From positions 11,800,514 to 11,858,042 of the forward strand of contig NC_057718.1 of NCBI RefSeq assembly GCF_004010195.1: DNA of 57,529 bases, read 5' to 3'. Positions 12,701 to 25,367 of the stretch are shown piece after piece. The stretch's first letter is position 1. Each line of letters begins with the position of its first letter. The DNA is from Chiloscyllium plagiosum (lineage: Eukaryota). Below the pieces are notes generated by a model. That model saw only the letters and a list, made by a program, of their open reading frames with translations, was not told the origin of the DNA and made no database searches. Made by a program: the position numbers and the translations under genes.

Positions 12701-12927
12701 ACTGAATAAATTACTAAGTAAATTGTACAAATGGTAAAATAATGAATAAATCAATGTTACATTGATATTACCAAAATTGAAAGAGCTTCAAAACTTAACG
12801 TTCCCTCTCCAAACAAAGATAGACATGATCCTGTATAATTCAGGAAATGTAAATACTGAGCTCAGTAGCATTTGAGCAACTTATCAATTCACTGGCATCC
12901 ATAATTGCAACTCCTTTCCACAAGAAA

Positions 12928-13352
12928 CCTAGGAACTGGAGTGGGCCATTTAGCCCTTCAAGCCTGTTCTATCATTCAATGAGGCCATGGCGGATCTGTG
13001 GCCTACCTCCAAAACAGTGTGTCGAGGTGCTTCCTAACATCTCTCTTGAACTGTTTGGCCCTAGTTTTCGTTCTATGCCCCCTAGTTCAAGAATCCCCAA
13101 CCATTGAAACCATTTTGTTTTTACCTAAGCTGTCTTTTCCTGTTAAGATTTTGAAGACTGATCAGATCACCCCTTAACCTTCTAAATTCTGGATAAAACA
13201 GGCCTAATTTGTGTAATCTCTCCTCATAACTTAACCCCTTAAGTCTAAGTATTACTCGTGGAAACCTACATTGTCCTCCCTCCCTGGCCAATACATCCTT
13301 CCTAAGGTGTGGTGTCCATAGATGTGCACAGTGTTCCGGGGATCTAACCAAG
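12928..13352 (-). mobile_element. CR1 3' fragment
   Basis: ORF 13121-13351 WTPHLRKDVLA..LSYEERLHKLGLF. Confidence 0.85.
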
Positions 13353-13439
13353 GTTATAGACGTACCTACTATCTTTTTTTGCTCATTTTATTTTTTGAAA
13401 CTGACTTCACTAACATAGCAGGAATCATTTCTATTTCAA

Positions 13440-13760
13440 AAAAATGAAGATGTAGAGGCACTGGAGAGTATGCAATAAGATTTACAAGGATAACTGAGGT
13501 TACAATTTTAGGACAGACTGAACAAGTTGCAGCTCTAACCTCAAGCAAATGAATGCTGAGGGCTCTCTTAGTAGACGTCCTTACAATTATGAGGGAATTT
13601 GATGTGGTAAATGCAGAGAAGTCACTATTACATCAAAAATAATTTAGGAGATGATTTTTATTAATGGTCAGTATAAAATGAAGAACAAGTAGTTTCCATG
13701 CTGTGCAATTCTATGACTCTATGACTCTAAGTGCATTTAAGCCAAAGTTGACATGATGTG
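13440..13760 (+). mobile_element. Highly decayed CR1 3' fragment
   Basis: DVEALE..RFTR-like remnant and ctatgact tail repeats. Confidence 0.55.
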
Positions 13761-13904
13761 GATAACCAGTGACTCCCTGCTTTATGTGTTTAGAGATCAG
13801 ATCTTGAGGCCCTTTCTGATTGGAAGATGCTTACTACAGATCTAAAGAAGTGCAGCAGGAGACTCCTGCTGATGATCAATTTGGATGATCCCTCTAAGTC
13901 CGGT

Positions 13905-14392
13905 TCAGATGGTGGCAGAGTAAGATATCCCAGCCGGAGTTCCTCTGCTCACCAGCTCTGTTTCTTTTCTTTTGTTCCCTCTTGCTACAGGTTTTTTTTC
14001 AGTCCCCCCATCCACCTGCAACTTTTAACTTCTTAAAGTAGCAGTCTGAGACCAGCCGAGGAGACAATTCATAGCCAGAGCCTGGAGCAGGAGCAGAGCT
14101 TGTGGGGGGGTCAAGTCCCGGAAGTGAGTCATGGTCGGAGCCCGGAGTGGGAGCAGAGTGAGCACAGTTCAAGTCTCAGAAGCGATTCATGCCTGGAGCA
14201 GTAATTTAAAGATACTTTTCCATCTCATTCTGGACTTTTCAAACTCTGTATTCCTATTCTAGTCATTTCTTTTAACTATTTCAATTCTGTGCCTAGGTAC
14301 CCTGCACCTAAGATGGCACCGAGACTCGACATCACAAACGTTTCACTGCATTCATTCGAGTGTATGTGACAATAAAGGCTATTCTATTCTAA
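13905..14392 (+). mobile_element. Non-autonomous retroposon with Rex1/Babar-like tail
   Basis: Begins agatggtggcagag, has internal degenerate repeats (gagcc.ggag..ggagcagag), ends aagatggcacc..gtgacaataaa..(attct)n. Confidence 0.45.
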
Positions 14393-15197
14393 ATCCTTTC
14401 CATCACAGTCCCTAATATTATTCAATGGGTAGTCAGACTGTTTTCAGAATGTGTTTTTTTTCAAATATATTCTCTATCATGGTTTCATTCAAGAACATGG
14501 AAAATTGTTAAAGGTAATTATTATGGTTTAAGATTGATCTGGCAAAGGACAATTGGTATTGTCTTACAGCAGATATCTTCTGCAGTGAGTGCTGTTGCTG
14601 ACTTATCCAGTTGATGAACAGATGCTCCTGTGTAGGAGACTGAAGTGAGAATGAAATATTTGATTCTAGTTATAATTTGAGAGTAGTTTATTCTGTTCAT
14701 TCACAATCAACAAGCAGAATAAACAAAAGAGCTGTTATAAAGTCATGACTTGAGGCTGTTGATGCAAACAGGAGGATAACATTTATGTTGGGTGTGGGAC
14801 AAAGTTGCTTAAATCTTCATATCTTTTTGAATTTTCCTCCTATTCCCATCTCAATCAGTGCAGTGACATGATGTGAGGTGGCAGAGAGAGGCTGCAAAGT
14901 GGGAGAAGGGGGAAGAAAAGACATCTGTAAGGGATGGGGTGTAAAGAGAGCTTACAAAAACAGGATCGAGGGACGCTGCAAATGAGAGAGTTTTAAACTT
15001 GTCAATGAAAGGAATGCACAAGTAATGGGAGCCAAACATGAAACCAAAGAAGTAACAAGTTCCTTGAAAATGAATGTGGAATCTCTAACTTACAGCTGCA
15101 TCGGTCCAGGAGCTACCATGTGGGGAAAAATGTAGTGGATGCTATTGTAATGAATGTGACAGTGATTGTTAAATTTAAATCTGTGACTGATATCTGA

Positions 15198-15756
15198 TCT
15201 CTGGCATGTCTTTGCTTAGCCTGTCCCTGGATAGATGTGTTGTCCCAGTCGAAATGGTGGGTTTTCTTTCTCCGTGTGTAGGGCTATGAGGGAGAGAGAG
15301 TCATGTCTTTTTGTGGCTAGCTGGTGTTCATGTATCCTGGTGGCTAACTTTCTTCCTGTTTGTCCTTCATAGTGTTTGTGGCAGTCCTTGCATCGAATTT
15401 TGTAGACGACTGGGACAACACATCTATCCTGGGACAGGCTAAGCAAAGCCATGCCAGAGAATTCCTAGAGGCCTGGCACTCCAACCACAATGCCATAAAC
15501 AAACACATAGATCTCGATACCATTGATCAACCCCTCAGAAAACAAACAGGAAATGACATCACCACAAACCCCAGGAACCCCATCCAGGATAAACATAAAT
15601 AGAAAGCAGGAGATAACAGCTTCGCTTCACTTGGAGGTCGCCAATGATGACGTTACCTAGCCAGGTAATGAAACGTCTGGATATCAAACGTACAGCTCAG
15701 CGAGCAAACCTACACCCTAAACCTCAACCTGAGCTACAAATCTTCACAAACCTTGC
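15198..15756. mobile_element. Penelope-like element (family C) with inverted 5' segment
   Basis: Minus 15198-15407 encodes GIY-YIG (VVYKIRCKDCHKHYEGQTGRKLATRIHEH); plus 15408-15756 encodes DWDNTSILGQAKQ..REFLEAWHS and the 3' end. Confidence 0.9.
15641..15680 (+). ncRNA. Hammerhead ribozyme motif, core-mutated
   Basis: cca-ATGATGA-c-gttacct-agcc-aggtaat-GAAA-cgtc-tgg; C3 replaced by A. Confidence 0.65.
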
Positions 15757-15775
15757 ATTTACCATGGTTATTTAC

Positions 15776-16053
15776 ATATAGAACATAGAACAATACAGCG
15801 CAGAATAGGCCCTTAGGCCCTTAGGCCCTTAGGCCAACCTGTGAATTATTCTCAGCTCGTTTCCCCTTACACTATCCCATCATCATCCACATGATTATCC
15901 AAGGATTGTTTAAATCTCCCTAATGTGGCTGAGTTGACTACATTGGCAGGTAGGGCATTCCACGCCCTTACCACTCTCTGAGTAAAGAACCTGCCTCTGA
16001 CATCTGTCTTAAATCTATCACCCCTCAATTTGTAGTTATGCCCCCTCGTACAA
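15776..16053 (-). mobile_element. CR1 3' end
   Basis: (catagaa)n tail; antisense of GHNYKL..FFTQRVVRAWNAL. Confidence 0.85.
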
Positions 16054-16229
16054 GCAAAAACATTTAAAAGGTTTCAAGTGTTTATAGTTTCTGCTATTGG
16101 TACTTTAAATGATTTGGATGATTATTTCTTTTTACTATAAAAATGTCATTGTTAAGAAAGTGAAAAGTATTGAAATCTGGGCTGCAGCAATAATATTGCA
16201 CTCATTTTTGGCTACCATTTTCGAAAGGA

Positions 16230-16640
16230 TATCAAGGGGATCTGCAGAAAAGATGTCGAACAGATTTTTTGATATGATGCCAGGTTTTAGGCTACACTTA
16301 TGAAAATACACTGGATAATATCCAGCCAAAGTCATAAAAAGATCAGATATCTGAACATAAACTAGAATGGACTATTTCCACTAGTTGGTGAGTCAGTAAC
16401 AAGAGGTTATAAAATTAGAATCAATACCAAAATAATGAACAGAGATTATTTTTACTTGGGCCTGCTAGAACTTGCAATGCAGAAAACAAACAGAATAGAA
16501 TCTGGAACAGATTTTAAAGATAATAGAGAAATATTTGAGAAAGAATTTTAAAGAGAAATTGGAAAGGGCAGGGAATTGGGACAAGGTATTTTCAGAGTTG
16601 GCAAAGGCAAATGGCCTCCTTATGGGCTGTAAAAACTGTA
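16230..16640 (+). mobile_element. Ancient CR1 3' remnant
   Basis: Weak match to the CR1 C-terminus (gtaacaagaggttataaa) and tail (caaatggcctccttatgggctgt). Confidence 0.4.
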
Positions 16641-16917
16641 AGGGGGTGAACGTTCATGATCTTTGTCATTTTTGTCAGTTATAACTTTGGCAGAACAGTG
16701 ATCCTGGAAAAATAGCTAAACAGTTTGTAGCTCATTGTCTCGAGTTTTTGCTGAAATTACAGCAGAAATGTGGAGGAATCATTTTGGTAGTTCACTCTAT
16801 GAAATGGAAATATCTATTACTATACAATATCAGAAAAACTAGCTGTTGCATCAGCATGCATCCTTGGTTTTTTGATTGTGAACTTTATCCCAGCGAGAAC
16901 AATGTGATCCTTTCGAC

Positions 16918-18696
16918 CAGCCATTCTAAATGGGGGCCATATTGACCCCTGAGTGGCCCTGGCATATTTGAAGGGGGCCACAGGCTGAAATCTGAGAGAA
17001 GGGGAACCCCAAGTGTGTATGGGGGTCCTGGTAACTGAACCAATGAAACAGCCAAGCAACAACTTTCATTGGAGTCAATAGTTTCCCTCCCATTTATAAT
17101 ATCTTTCCAACACACCGTTTGAATTCGGCACACCTGGTAAATTAATTGCTTAAGCTCCTCCCAAACACCCTCACTTTAGAATCAGACACGAATCAGACAG
17201 CAGCAGATCAACATATTCAAGGGTTCTCGTATCCATTATCTCTGTATTTCATTATCCAAAGATCAGCGTGTCTTGCTAGATCATTTTTTATCCTAGTTCA
17301 TTTGTTCATTATTTTCCTTGTAAGAAGTGCCTCATGATTATTTTTATTATTTCCAGAAATAATTCTACCCACGAATCCCTTGGCAAAAAGCAAAGTGTCG
17401 GCAACCCATTCTTGCCCATGTGTTTGAACTGCATGACTGCATTGTCAAATGAAAGCATGAGGCCAAACAAATTGAAAAAAAAATTTGGATACCTTGCATC
17501 CAGATTTAAAGGATAAACCCTTAGATTTCTTCAAAAACCTTAGATAATTTCAAGAGAAGGCTAACACTGAAACAAATGCTTCCTCAAATGTCACAGAAAT
17601 TAGAGAAGAGTCTGGTTGCATCATACAAAATTAATAAACTGATTGCTAAAACTGGAAGTGTCAACTACATTTTCCAGCAGCTGTGTGACAAAAATGAAGA
17701 AGACGGCCAGACACTGCTGCTGCATACTGAGGGGAGGTGAGGTGGCTTTCCAACGGAAACTGTCTTCAATGTTTTGTTACACTCTGGGACGCCATAGTTT
17801 CCTTCATGTTTATGAAAGAGCCTGGAGACAGACTCGTTGATGCTAAGGCAGACATATTTTATCTGGCAGACATCCTTCAGAAACGTAATTTGTTAAACAG
17901 GACCTTATAGGGCAAAACCAGTAACTTTGTAGATTGTAAGGAAGCCATTGTTTCTTTCCTTAAGAAACTTGAAGTCTATTGCCACAATATGGGAGGTTGA
18001 GAATTTTTACATTTTCCAAACCTGAAGACAATCACAGAGGCACTGAAGGACAATTACTTTACCATTTATGTGAAACATCTGAAGCAGATATACATGGATA
18101 TGCAAAAAAGATTTAATGACGTGTAAAACCTTGGCATCCCAGAATGGATTTTGAATCCATTTGAAGTATAACCCACCCAAGTTGAGGCAGAAACTCCAGA
18201 CAGGTTGATTGATCTTCAGCGTGATATAATTGTATCAGTTCAGTCAGTTTCAAAATGATTCTTTGATCAAGAGTGATCTGCTGAATAAATTTACAACACT
18301 GTGGAAAAAGCCCAAATATTTTTTATTGCCTTTCCCTCAACGTATTTGGTTGAGAACGGCTTCTGAAAGGTAGTTTCCTTGATATAATCCAGGAACAGAA
18401 TTGATATCACAACAAGAGGTGACCTCCGACTGTCATTGTCTCACTTGGAGCCCAATATCATGAAACTTGCTGAAAAGCACCAAGCTCAAGGACCGCATTA
18501 GGCTTGATAGATGTTTAATTTCATATAGTCTTTTTTAAAGTTTTGTCCAATATGTCAGAATGTTTAAGTTTTCTCAGTGTTCAATAATAAAGGATTTTCT
18601 ATCTGTTTGTGTAGTATTCCTGTTTGAAAGGAGGGCCCTGGAACCTGAGAAGAGCTCCTCAGGGGACTGTGGCCAAAACAAGGTTGAGAATCACTC
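16918..18696 (+). mobile_element. hAT/Charlie-type DNA transposon, internally deleted
   Basis: 3' TIR ggttgagaatcactc and degenerate 5' TIR; 8-bp TSD ctttcgac (16910-16917) / ctttagac (18697-18704); transposase remnants PMCLNC..SNESMRPNKL, LLLHTE..VRWLS, YLADI, FPSTYLVE.GF..LEPNIMKL..HQAQGPH*. Confidence 0.85.
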
Positions 18697-19232
18697 CTTT
18701 AGACTAATTAAACACTTGTTAACTTTTATAAAAATAGCAAGTGTTTCAACCTTAGATCAAGCACCAAAATTTAGTATTACAATCTGTCCAGGGACAAAAA
18801 ACTCTTTTTGAAAGAGCAAAAACTGAAAGATCCCAGGTACTTGCTGAGAGAATACACCCACAAAGTTCCACAGTTTCTAACAAACAACAATAGACTTTAC
18901 TGTATGAGGTTAGAAAAGTATAACTACTAACAGTAGCTATACAATTCACATTCTAACTTCAGAAATAACAGGAGGTCATTTTGGGTAACTGGCAAAGTTT
19001 GGTCAAACACGTCACAAAGCACATCAAATAATGGATTCCTCAGCAATCCCTTGGTGACAGGGTGAGATAAAATCTCATTAAACTTTACAAGGGATGCCAA
19101 TTTCTTCTCTATCAAAGATTTAATTCCAGAAGCTCCTTAAAAGCCAGCCCATCATGGACTGTCTCAGTGACTGTTCAGGTTTTAATATTTGGCCCTCCTT
19201 TTATAGATCTACACTCCCCTTTGAGTAAGAAC

Positions 19233-19360
19233 TTGTTTCAGTGTTGACGTTCTCTTGAAATTATCTCTAAGGTTTTTGAAGAAATCTAAGGGTTTATCCT
19301 TTTAATCTGGATGCGAGGTATCCAAGTGTTTTTTTTCCAATTTGCTTGGCCTTATGCTTT
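19233..19360 (-). repeat. Inverted copy of hAT segment 17452-17575
   Basis: Close reverse-complement match over ~125 bp. Confidence 0.9.
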
Positions 19361-19608
19361 TTTTTTAAACTACACTCTGCACCTACCCTAAGGCAAAACT
19401 CCAGGTTTTATGCAAACAGAGTTTCATCAAACTAGTGCTTCCCCTGCATTTTTCTGAGCCTTAATATTTCTCAGCTGCAATGTGTTTGTGAGGTTCCTTC
19501 ACTCCCACTTTCACTCACAGCTGCACAGAATTAAGAATGGCACATTACTTTCCCAAGCCCCCATAACTTCTGGAGATTTTCCTGAGCCCTAACTCCAACA
19601 GTGGGTGA

Positions 19609-19840
19609 CAAAACAACTCCACAGACGCCAGTCTACTGTCACCAAGTCACTCATTATTTTACACAAAGAGTCTGTGACACTGATCCAGCTCCCTCCAAAC
19701 CAGCTCTCAGAGTGAACAGGATGTCTGACACTCTTTTAAATCAGTCAGGTGGGGCTCCCTCATTGGGGCTTTTAATCTGGTCCAATCATGGAACTCGTGT
19801 TCTATGAGGTCACCTGGTTGACCTCATTACAATCATTACA
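19609..19840 (-). mobile_element. Solo LTR of the Gypsy family at 8242-11786
   Basis: Reverse complement starts tgtaatgattgtaatgaggtcaaccaggtgacctcatagaa and follows the LTR to ggagttgttt. Confidence 0.85.
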
Positions 19841-20809
19841 GGCTACACATCCTGGCTTCCAGAACTTTTCTAAATCCTAGCAGTTTAAAGTCTTCAGATA
19901 GAAGCTATTTTGTTTCAGAATGAAGCTGCTTCTCCCTGCTCCTTAATATTTGAATGACTAGCATCCCGAAAATGACAATCTTCTTCAAAAGCTTCATCTG
20001 ACTACCTAAAACTGACTGCTCAGTAATCCTTGAACTACTGTGAGTGAATTACTAAAAGCCCCCTTGCAACAAACCCTCTCCTTATTGTTAGGTGGGATTC
20101 AATTTAGCAACCCAGTAGCCAAATGTAGCAACCATTTGGAACTATCTGTTCCCTCAATGTCACAACTCACATCTTTTACACAGATTAAATGGGTACAATT
20201 TAAAAAAAATAAATCATCACATTAGGATGTGATTATAGCAATTAAATCATAATGAATATTTTGAAGTTTAGTACATAACAGTAAAGTATAATTTGCAGAT
20301 TTTCTATTTGCTGAACAAAATCAATTGAAGTTGAAATGCATTTGGTTTCAATAAAGGTGCTCCTGAAGATTTTTCCTGTCCAATATTTATGGTGAAATAT
20401 TCTGTAAATATTGAATAGAGAAAATTTTTATTGATGCTTTTACGATGTCACTGCCGGCATTGACTAAAGGAATACTATCACCTATGCACATAACACCACC
20501 CCATGTGAAGGAGGAGATGTAAATATTTCTGCTTCTCATCTGTTAAAGTGAAGCAAATGAATTAAAGCAGTTTATTGCTTCTAAATTAAACCAATGTTGA
20601 CTTTTAAGCCTGTACATTCTCTTGTGACTAAGGCTGTTCTAAGCACCAATAAAGTTGCTGAGGTTGAAGTCTGAAATGTCAGAATGGAAGTATGGTAGTT
20701 GTGGTACCGACTACTCCAAACTAAACCTTCTACATCCATGAACTTATCATGACAGGCTGTGAAACTGAACTTAATAATTCATACAATAGCACTAGGAAAT
20801 GACTGGATA

Positions 20810-20977
20810 GTTAGAAAAACCCACCTGGTTTCATATATGTTCTGGGAAAGGAACGTTCTTCCCCAACAGATCTGGCATATTTCTGAAACCAGCCACATAA
20901 CATGTGTTTTATTTTTAATGCTTTTGGAAGCGGCCTAGGAAGCCACTAAATTAGGTTTGGCAATAAATATTACCCAT
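20810..20977 (+). mobile_element. Decayed Deu-domain SINE fragment
   Basis: aaaaacccacctggtt..ggaaaggaac.. and ggcaataaat tail. Confidence 0.5.
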
Positions 20978-20979
20978 AA

Positions 20980-21555
20980 GTTATGTTACAGCTGTATAAA
21001 ACTTTAGTTAGGCCACATTGGAAATACTCCGTGTGGTTCTGGTCACCACACTACCAGAAGACATGGATGCTTTGGAGAGTGTGCACAGAAGGTTCACCAG
21101 GGCGTTACCTGGTCTGGAGGGTTTTAATTATGAGGATAGGTTGGATAAACGTTGATTGTTTTCACGGGAAAGATGAAGGCTATAGGGTAACCTGATAGAA
21201 GTCTACAAAATTGAGAGGAATAGATAGGGTGGTTAGTCAGAGGCTTTTCCCCAGAGTAGAAAGGTTAACTACAAAAGGGTATAGGTTCAAGGTGAAGGGG
21301 GCAAGATTAGAGAAGTGCGGGGAAAACTTACATAGAGGGTGGTGGATGCCTTGGATGTACGGCCAGTGGAAGTAGTGGAAGCAAGCATATTAGCAATGTT
21401 TAGGGCTTATCTTAATAGACACATGAATAGCATGTGAACAGAGGGATAGAAACTGCGTATAGGCAATAAATACCAGGTTTAAGTAAGGAATAGGAGTCAG
21501 CACAGGCTTGGTGGGCCATACGGCCTGTTCCTGTATAGTATTGTATTGTATTGTA
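20980..21555 (+). mobile_element. CR1 3' fragment
   Basis: MLQLYKTLVRPH..FWSPHYQK; (gtatt)n tail. Confidence 0.85.
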
Positions 21556-23509
21556 AGTTGTGAAACACAAGAAAAAGATCATATTATCATAAAAATATTC
21601 ATTATCCCCTAACTGTTGCGCGATTAACAGATGCTTAAACCCACATATTCAAAATAGTTCATACCAATGTAGCCTCCAAGATGACATATGTCTGGTCATG
21701 TGACAATCTAGAACATAATTTGCATTGGAAAATACAGGCCATTTACAAATTTTCCACTGTATCAGAGAAATTCTCAGTACAATGTAAGTCATGATGTTTA
21801 AACTGCTCAGTGGCAAAATTGTTGTCTGCAGTCTGACCAGTATAAAGAAGATCCAGAGGAATTATTGATTAGCACTTTCTAAAAAATGGAGCAGAGCAAA
21901 TTTTACATAAATCATCACTGAGGCAAAGTCCTCTAGGTGCCAAGCCTACGGCACCACAGTAGCAACTTCAGTACTTCCTTTTCAAGGAAGGCAACTAGGG
22001 ATGGACAATAAAGACTGGCTTGGTTAGGATGCCGACATCCCAAAAATGAACAGAATAAAGTGAACATACTCATAAATGAGTTAAAAGATAAAAAAGGATT
22101 CAAAGTCCACTTTCTGCATCTCTGTGTTGGCTAGGTAATTAAGCACATAAAGTGCAAAGGAGTGATGATGCAAAGTTTCATCCAATTCTACCAGTGGGCT
22201 TACCTACTTTGACATTGGTGCACTATACTGCCTTTGATCTTGAGCCAGATTTTATTCTGAAAGGAGCTAAACTCTTCTGTGCTTTGGAAACCTTCCAATG
22301 TGGAGAATATCAAAAGCTCCCCCATCAACCAAATTCCTGCTAAGTCTTTAAATGTTTTTCTTGTAACCACCAGGGAAAGATACATTGGCTTCTATTGGGG
22401 ATTATGCCTCCTAGTTAGACCATGGAAAAGATAAAGAACACTGAAGCTGTAAAGATTTCCAATAACAGTAATGTCAAGATGCATTTTTGTTCAAGTTCTC
22501 CTAATTTACGTTTTTGTTTGCAATACAATCTGGGAGTATGTCAAGGAAGTGCTGAAATTCAGGCCTACGTTTTAACCTTCTCCAAATCACAGAGGACATT
22601 AAGTCAATATATTTCAGTATAACTAAAGTAATTGAAAACTTCATGGAAATATATTTTATGCTTTAGTACAGAAATACCTTTGAAAAAATTAGTTCGGAAT
22701 GAGTGGAACAAAATTAGGTAGATTTTCACAAAATGACAGACATTTCTTTGGGGGCCAGGTACTGCATGGGTTAAATCACAACAGGATTCCAAATGGAGCT
22801 TTGATCAGTTCTTTCTTGAAAGTTCTGAAAACTCTATCAGACCAATATTTAATTTTTCGTTCTGTGATTATTTCCCGGGATGGGGGGGTGTTGGTTCAGG
22901 TTCTATTTATGAATACTTTATTAATTTGGGAATGGTATATGTGAAAAAATGATGAACACTGGAGTAAAAATGTGGATTTTGTTTTAAAGCAGTTCAAATG
23001 CATTGCCAATGGCATACTGAAGGATTGAAAAGAACTCTTTTCTCAAACTTAATGTAAACAACAGAGATGGAATGGGGTAGAAGTAAGGTCAACTCAGCAT
23101 TACTGGATAGGTTGAGCATTAATTGATGGAGTCAACAGTAAGTATGATTCAATATTCATCAAAGACCACAGCTCATTAGAAAAAGGTATTGTAACTCAGT
23201 GGTATTTCAATTATTCTCTCCAGATAATTGCTCTGAAATCCGAGGTCATGGTGTTTCTTTCTGTTAAAATAATTAATGAAAATGCTGTAATACTTGAGGG
23301 TGTGTTTTTATTATAAAGCTGTATAACCAGCTGTGCAGTAAAAATACAAACATCTTTGCCATAAAAAAGGATTCCAGCTGTGAATTTGTTTGGTAGCAAG
23401 TGCTAGCAGCATTATGTTGTCCAAGGATCATCAGAACATACTTCCAATGTTTGTGACTGGACTGGAAAATTTATGTGACTTGATGGGGACATAATTACAG
23501 AATAAGGAG

Positions 23510-23760
23510 ACAGGATTTAAAATTGAGATGTGAAGAACTAGTAATTATCTGGAATTCTCTACTCCAGAGAGTTGTAGAGATTAAATCACTGAAAGCATTT
23601 AAGGAGGAGGTAGATTGATTTTTGAAATACTAGGGACTTGACAGCTATGTTGAGGTAGCCTGAAAGAGGAATTAAGGCCTGGGGCAGATCAGGCATGATC
23701 TTCTTGAATGGTACGGCAGGCTTGAGGGTGGAATGGACAATGCCTGCTCCTTTTTCTTCG
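23510..23760 (+). mobile_element. CR1 3' tail fragment
   Basis: WNSLLQRVVE..FKEEVD; 3' UTR gaatggacaatgcctgctcc. Confidence 0.65.
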
Positions 23761-24053
23761 AACTTTGTTACATTTGATGATATAAGGATAAAAATTACTG
23801 TTAATGCTTTTGCAAGAATGTTTAACATTTGGATTCAAATTTTAAAAAATTTGTTCACCTTAAGTGTAATACCTCATTAAAATTACAAACAGATTTTGAG
23901 TAAGCTGAATGGTTGCTTGGTAAAACTGGTATAATTACTGTTAGCTCAAATGTACTTGTAACTGTGGTGAACTGGGAAGAAAAGCAGTTGCCCTTTAGAT
24001 TGAACACTTCACAGATAGCCAAGTCACAAATTATTCAGGTCTGGGGCATAGTA

Positions 24054-24421
24054 CAGTACAATCTCGATTATGCGAACATCAATTATCTGAATTTTGGATT
24101 ATCCGAACAAGATCTCAAGGGCCTGTAAAAACGGTATTAGGCAGCTCAGTATTCAGTTATCAGTTAAATAGCATTATGGCATGCATTGCCAGATAACCAA
24201 AAAATATTTGACAACTGGCATTCAAATTACCGCTTGCTTACGATAGATTGGTTATCGGTTAAAAGGCTTTATGGTGTGCATTGCTGGATAATTGAGAAAT
24301 GTTCGGATAACCAGCACTCATAAACTACCAGTTGTTTATGATCAGATCGATTATCTGAATGATCAATTACCCAAACAAAATACTCCCCGCTCAGCTCGTT
24401 CAGATAATCAGGGTTCTATTG
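24054..24421. mobile_element. Tigger/pogo-like MITE (Tc1/mariner superfamily)
   Basis: TA flanks; TIRs cagtacaatctcgattatgcgaac / gttcagataatcagggttctattg; two internal ~94-bp tandem units (24157-24350). Confidence 0.75.
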
Positions 24422-24915
24422 TATAGCCTATGTTACCAAACATACATCAGAGCTTTCATGGGAAAGCCTTTCATGGGAGACATTGAAAATATATGATGAT
24501 GATTTTATAAATTGTATTTCATTTCCTTTTAGTGCTGAATACTGAGATTTTTAAAATTTGCATATTTAATTGCGATGTTTAGATTCCCATGCCAAACCTG
24601 ACTTTGAAGATAAAGTGGCCAACCTCGAGGCAAACCTCAATTATTTGAGCCTCATCGCCAAACACATGGCAACCTGTCAGCTCCTGTATGGCACAGTATT
24701 CAGCCAACCACAGATGGATGGGTCCTAATAAAAGGGAGGATTACTAATCTCAGAAGTCGAAGGGCATGTGCATATGTGGATATATGGGTGGAGGGGGTGA
24801 AGACATAAATGTTGAGGCTACATCTGAACTGGTCAATGTTATTTCAGTGCATGGTAGCTTAAGAATCACATTTGAACAAATCCATCTTTTCAGCCATCAA
24901 ACTACAGTAACTGCC

Positions 24916-25367
24916 TGTGGACATAGTAAGAAGTTGGCATACTACTGCATGATGGGATACTTGACCAAGGTGAAAGGTATCTTGGCTCTCAGGCTCACAG
25001 CTTTAGTGGAAAAATGCTGCTGGAGATAAAGACTGAGGTTGTGTGATTATAACTCGATGAAATATAGGTGGTGTACCCGAGGCTCGTTAGTGGGGGATGT
25101 ATCTTGAGCTCATTAGTTTCTCTGACCTTGGATAACATCAGAGAACAAAGGTGATAGCTGCACTGACCTTAACTTCATCTTGAATTATTGTAAAGTGCGA
25201 AATGTAAGCAAAGTTGTTTGTATCGTTGTATAAGTATAGGCTGACTGTTCAGCTAGAGAGAGAGTGAATGAGACAGTGACAAGTGTACAAGCCTCTTCGT
25301 GAATTCTTGAAAAATAAAGCTTCTTGAAACAAGATTTGAAGTCTCAGGCTAAATAATTTCCTTGACA
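24916..25367 (+). mobile_element. Putative solo LTR (unrelated family)
   Basis: TG..CA ends, TATA-like gtataagta, AATAAA near the 3' end; flanks ctgcc/cagcc (4 of 5 match). Confidence 0.4.

Noticed and set aside
18705..20222. Possible long solo LTR on the minus strand hosting the inverted hAT piece and the Gypsy solo LTR
   Set aside because: One plausible TG terminus only; no second terminus or TSD could be fixed.
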